DNA of 32,875 bases, from the NCBI GenBank assembly GCA_016205905.1, contig JACQSP010000031.1, positions 1-32,875 of the forward strand. Reading direction: 5' to 3'. The stretch is from Candidatus Woesearchaeota archaeon (GTDB taxonomy: Archaea > Nanobdellota > Nanobdellia > Woesearchaeales > DSVV01). How positions within the stretch are numbered: the stretch's first letter is position 1; the number at the start of each line of letters is the position of its first letter. The notes beneath the pieces are model-generated. The model saw only the letters and a program-made list of their open reading frames with translations, did not search any database and was not told the DNA's origin. This document shows positions 32,772-32,875 of the stretch, in pieces. The translations under genes and the position numbers were made by a program.

Positions 32772-32875
32772 TTTTTCCGCTCACAACACGTAACTAAGGA
32801 CGAAGTCCACCGTTACATGAAACTGTTTGAAAGCTTGAAGGTTTGAAAGCTCGAAAGTTATCTGCGTAAAGCGCA
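32772..32875 (+). repeat. Gene-3'-end composite structured element, copy 4 (truncated by window end)
   Basis: TTTTTCCGCTCACAACACG, GGACGAAGTCCACCGTTACATGAAACTGTTTGAAAGCTTGAAGGTTTGAAAGCTCGAA. Nearly the reverse complement of 2500-2555. Confidence 0.65.

Overview
This is a visibly AT-rich, gene-dense segment of an archaeal chromosome. Archaeal markers are the replication factor C large subunit, archaeal-type AlaRS/ValRS/GlyRS, TATA-like boxes 25-35 nt upstream of many ATGs, and GGTGA/GGAGG Shine-Dalgarno sites on other genes. Gene content and style fit a small-genome DPANN-type archaeon (inference). The housekeeping backbone is a tandem Lrp/AsnC regulator, a radical-SAM-like protein, a UPRTase-nucleoside phosphorylase fusion, a NUDIX hydrolase, alaS (interrupted by one in-frame TAA), a YbaK-type editing protein, valS, rfcL, an ACT-domain protein, glyS, an EamA transporter and purA. 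Four things stand out. (1) A ~4.8 kb island (15.7-20.6 kb) carries a DapF-fold epimerase operon with two orphan genes; it is bracketed by two paralogous genes sharing an unrecognised N-terminal module and by an imperfect inverted repeat. (2) An operon encodes a small membrane protein and two giant secreted cysteine-rich modular paralogs (834 and 1259 aa). (3) A family of GC-rich composite structured elements always sits just 3' of a gene in that gene's orientation, with conserved arms and swappable central rod hairpins. Related features are stand-alone rod palindromes (one with a 9-bp target-site duplication) and arrays of unique perfect hairpins. (4) A DUF1016 nuclease gene relic is duplicated around a small cassette. 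No rRNA, tRNA or CRISPR array was recognised. All family assignments come from motif recognition by eye, not database searches.
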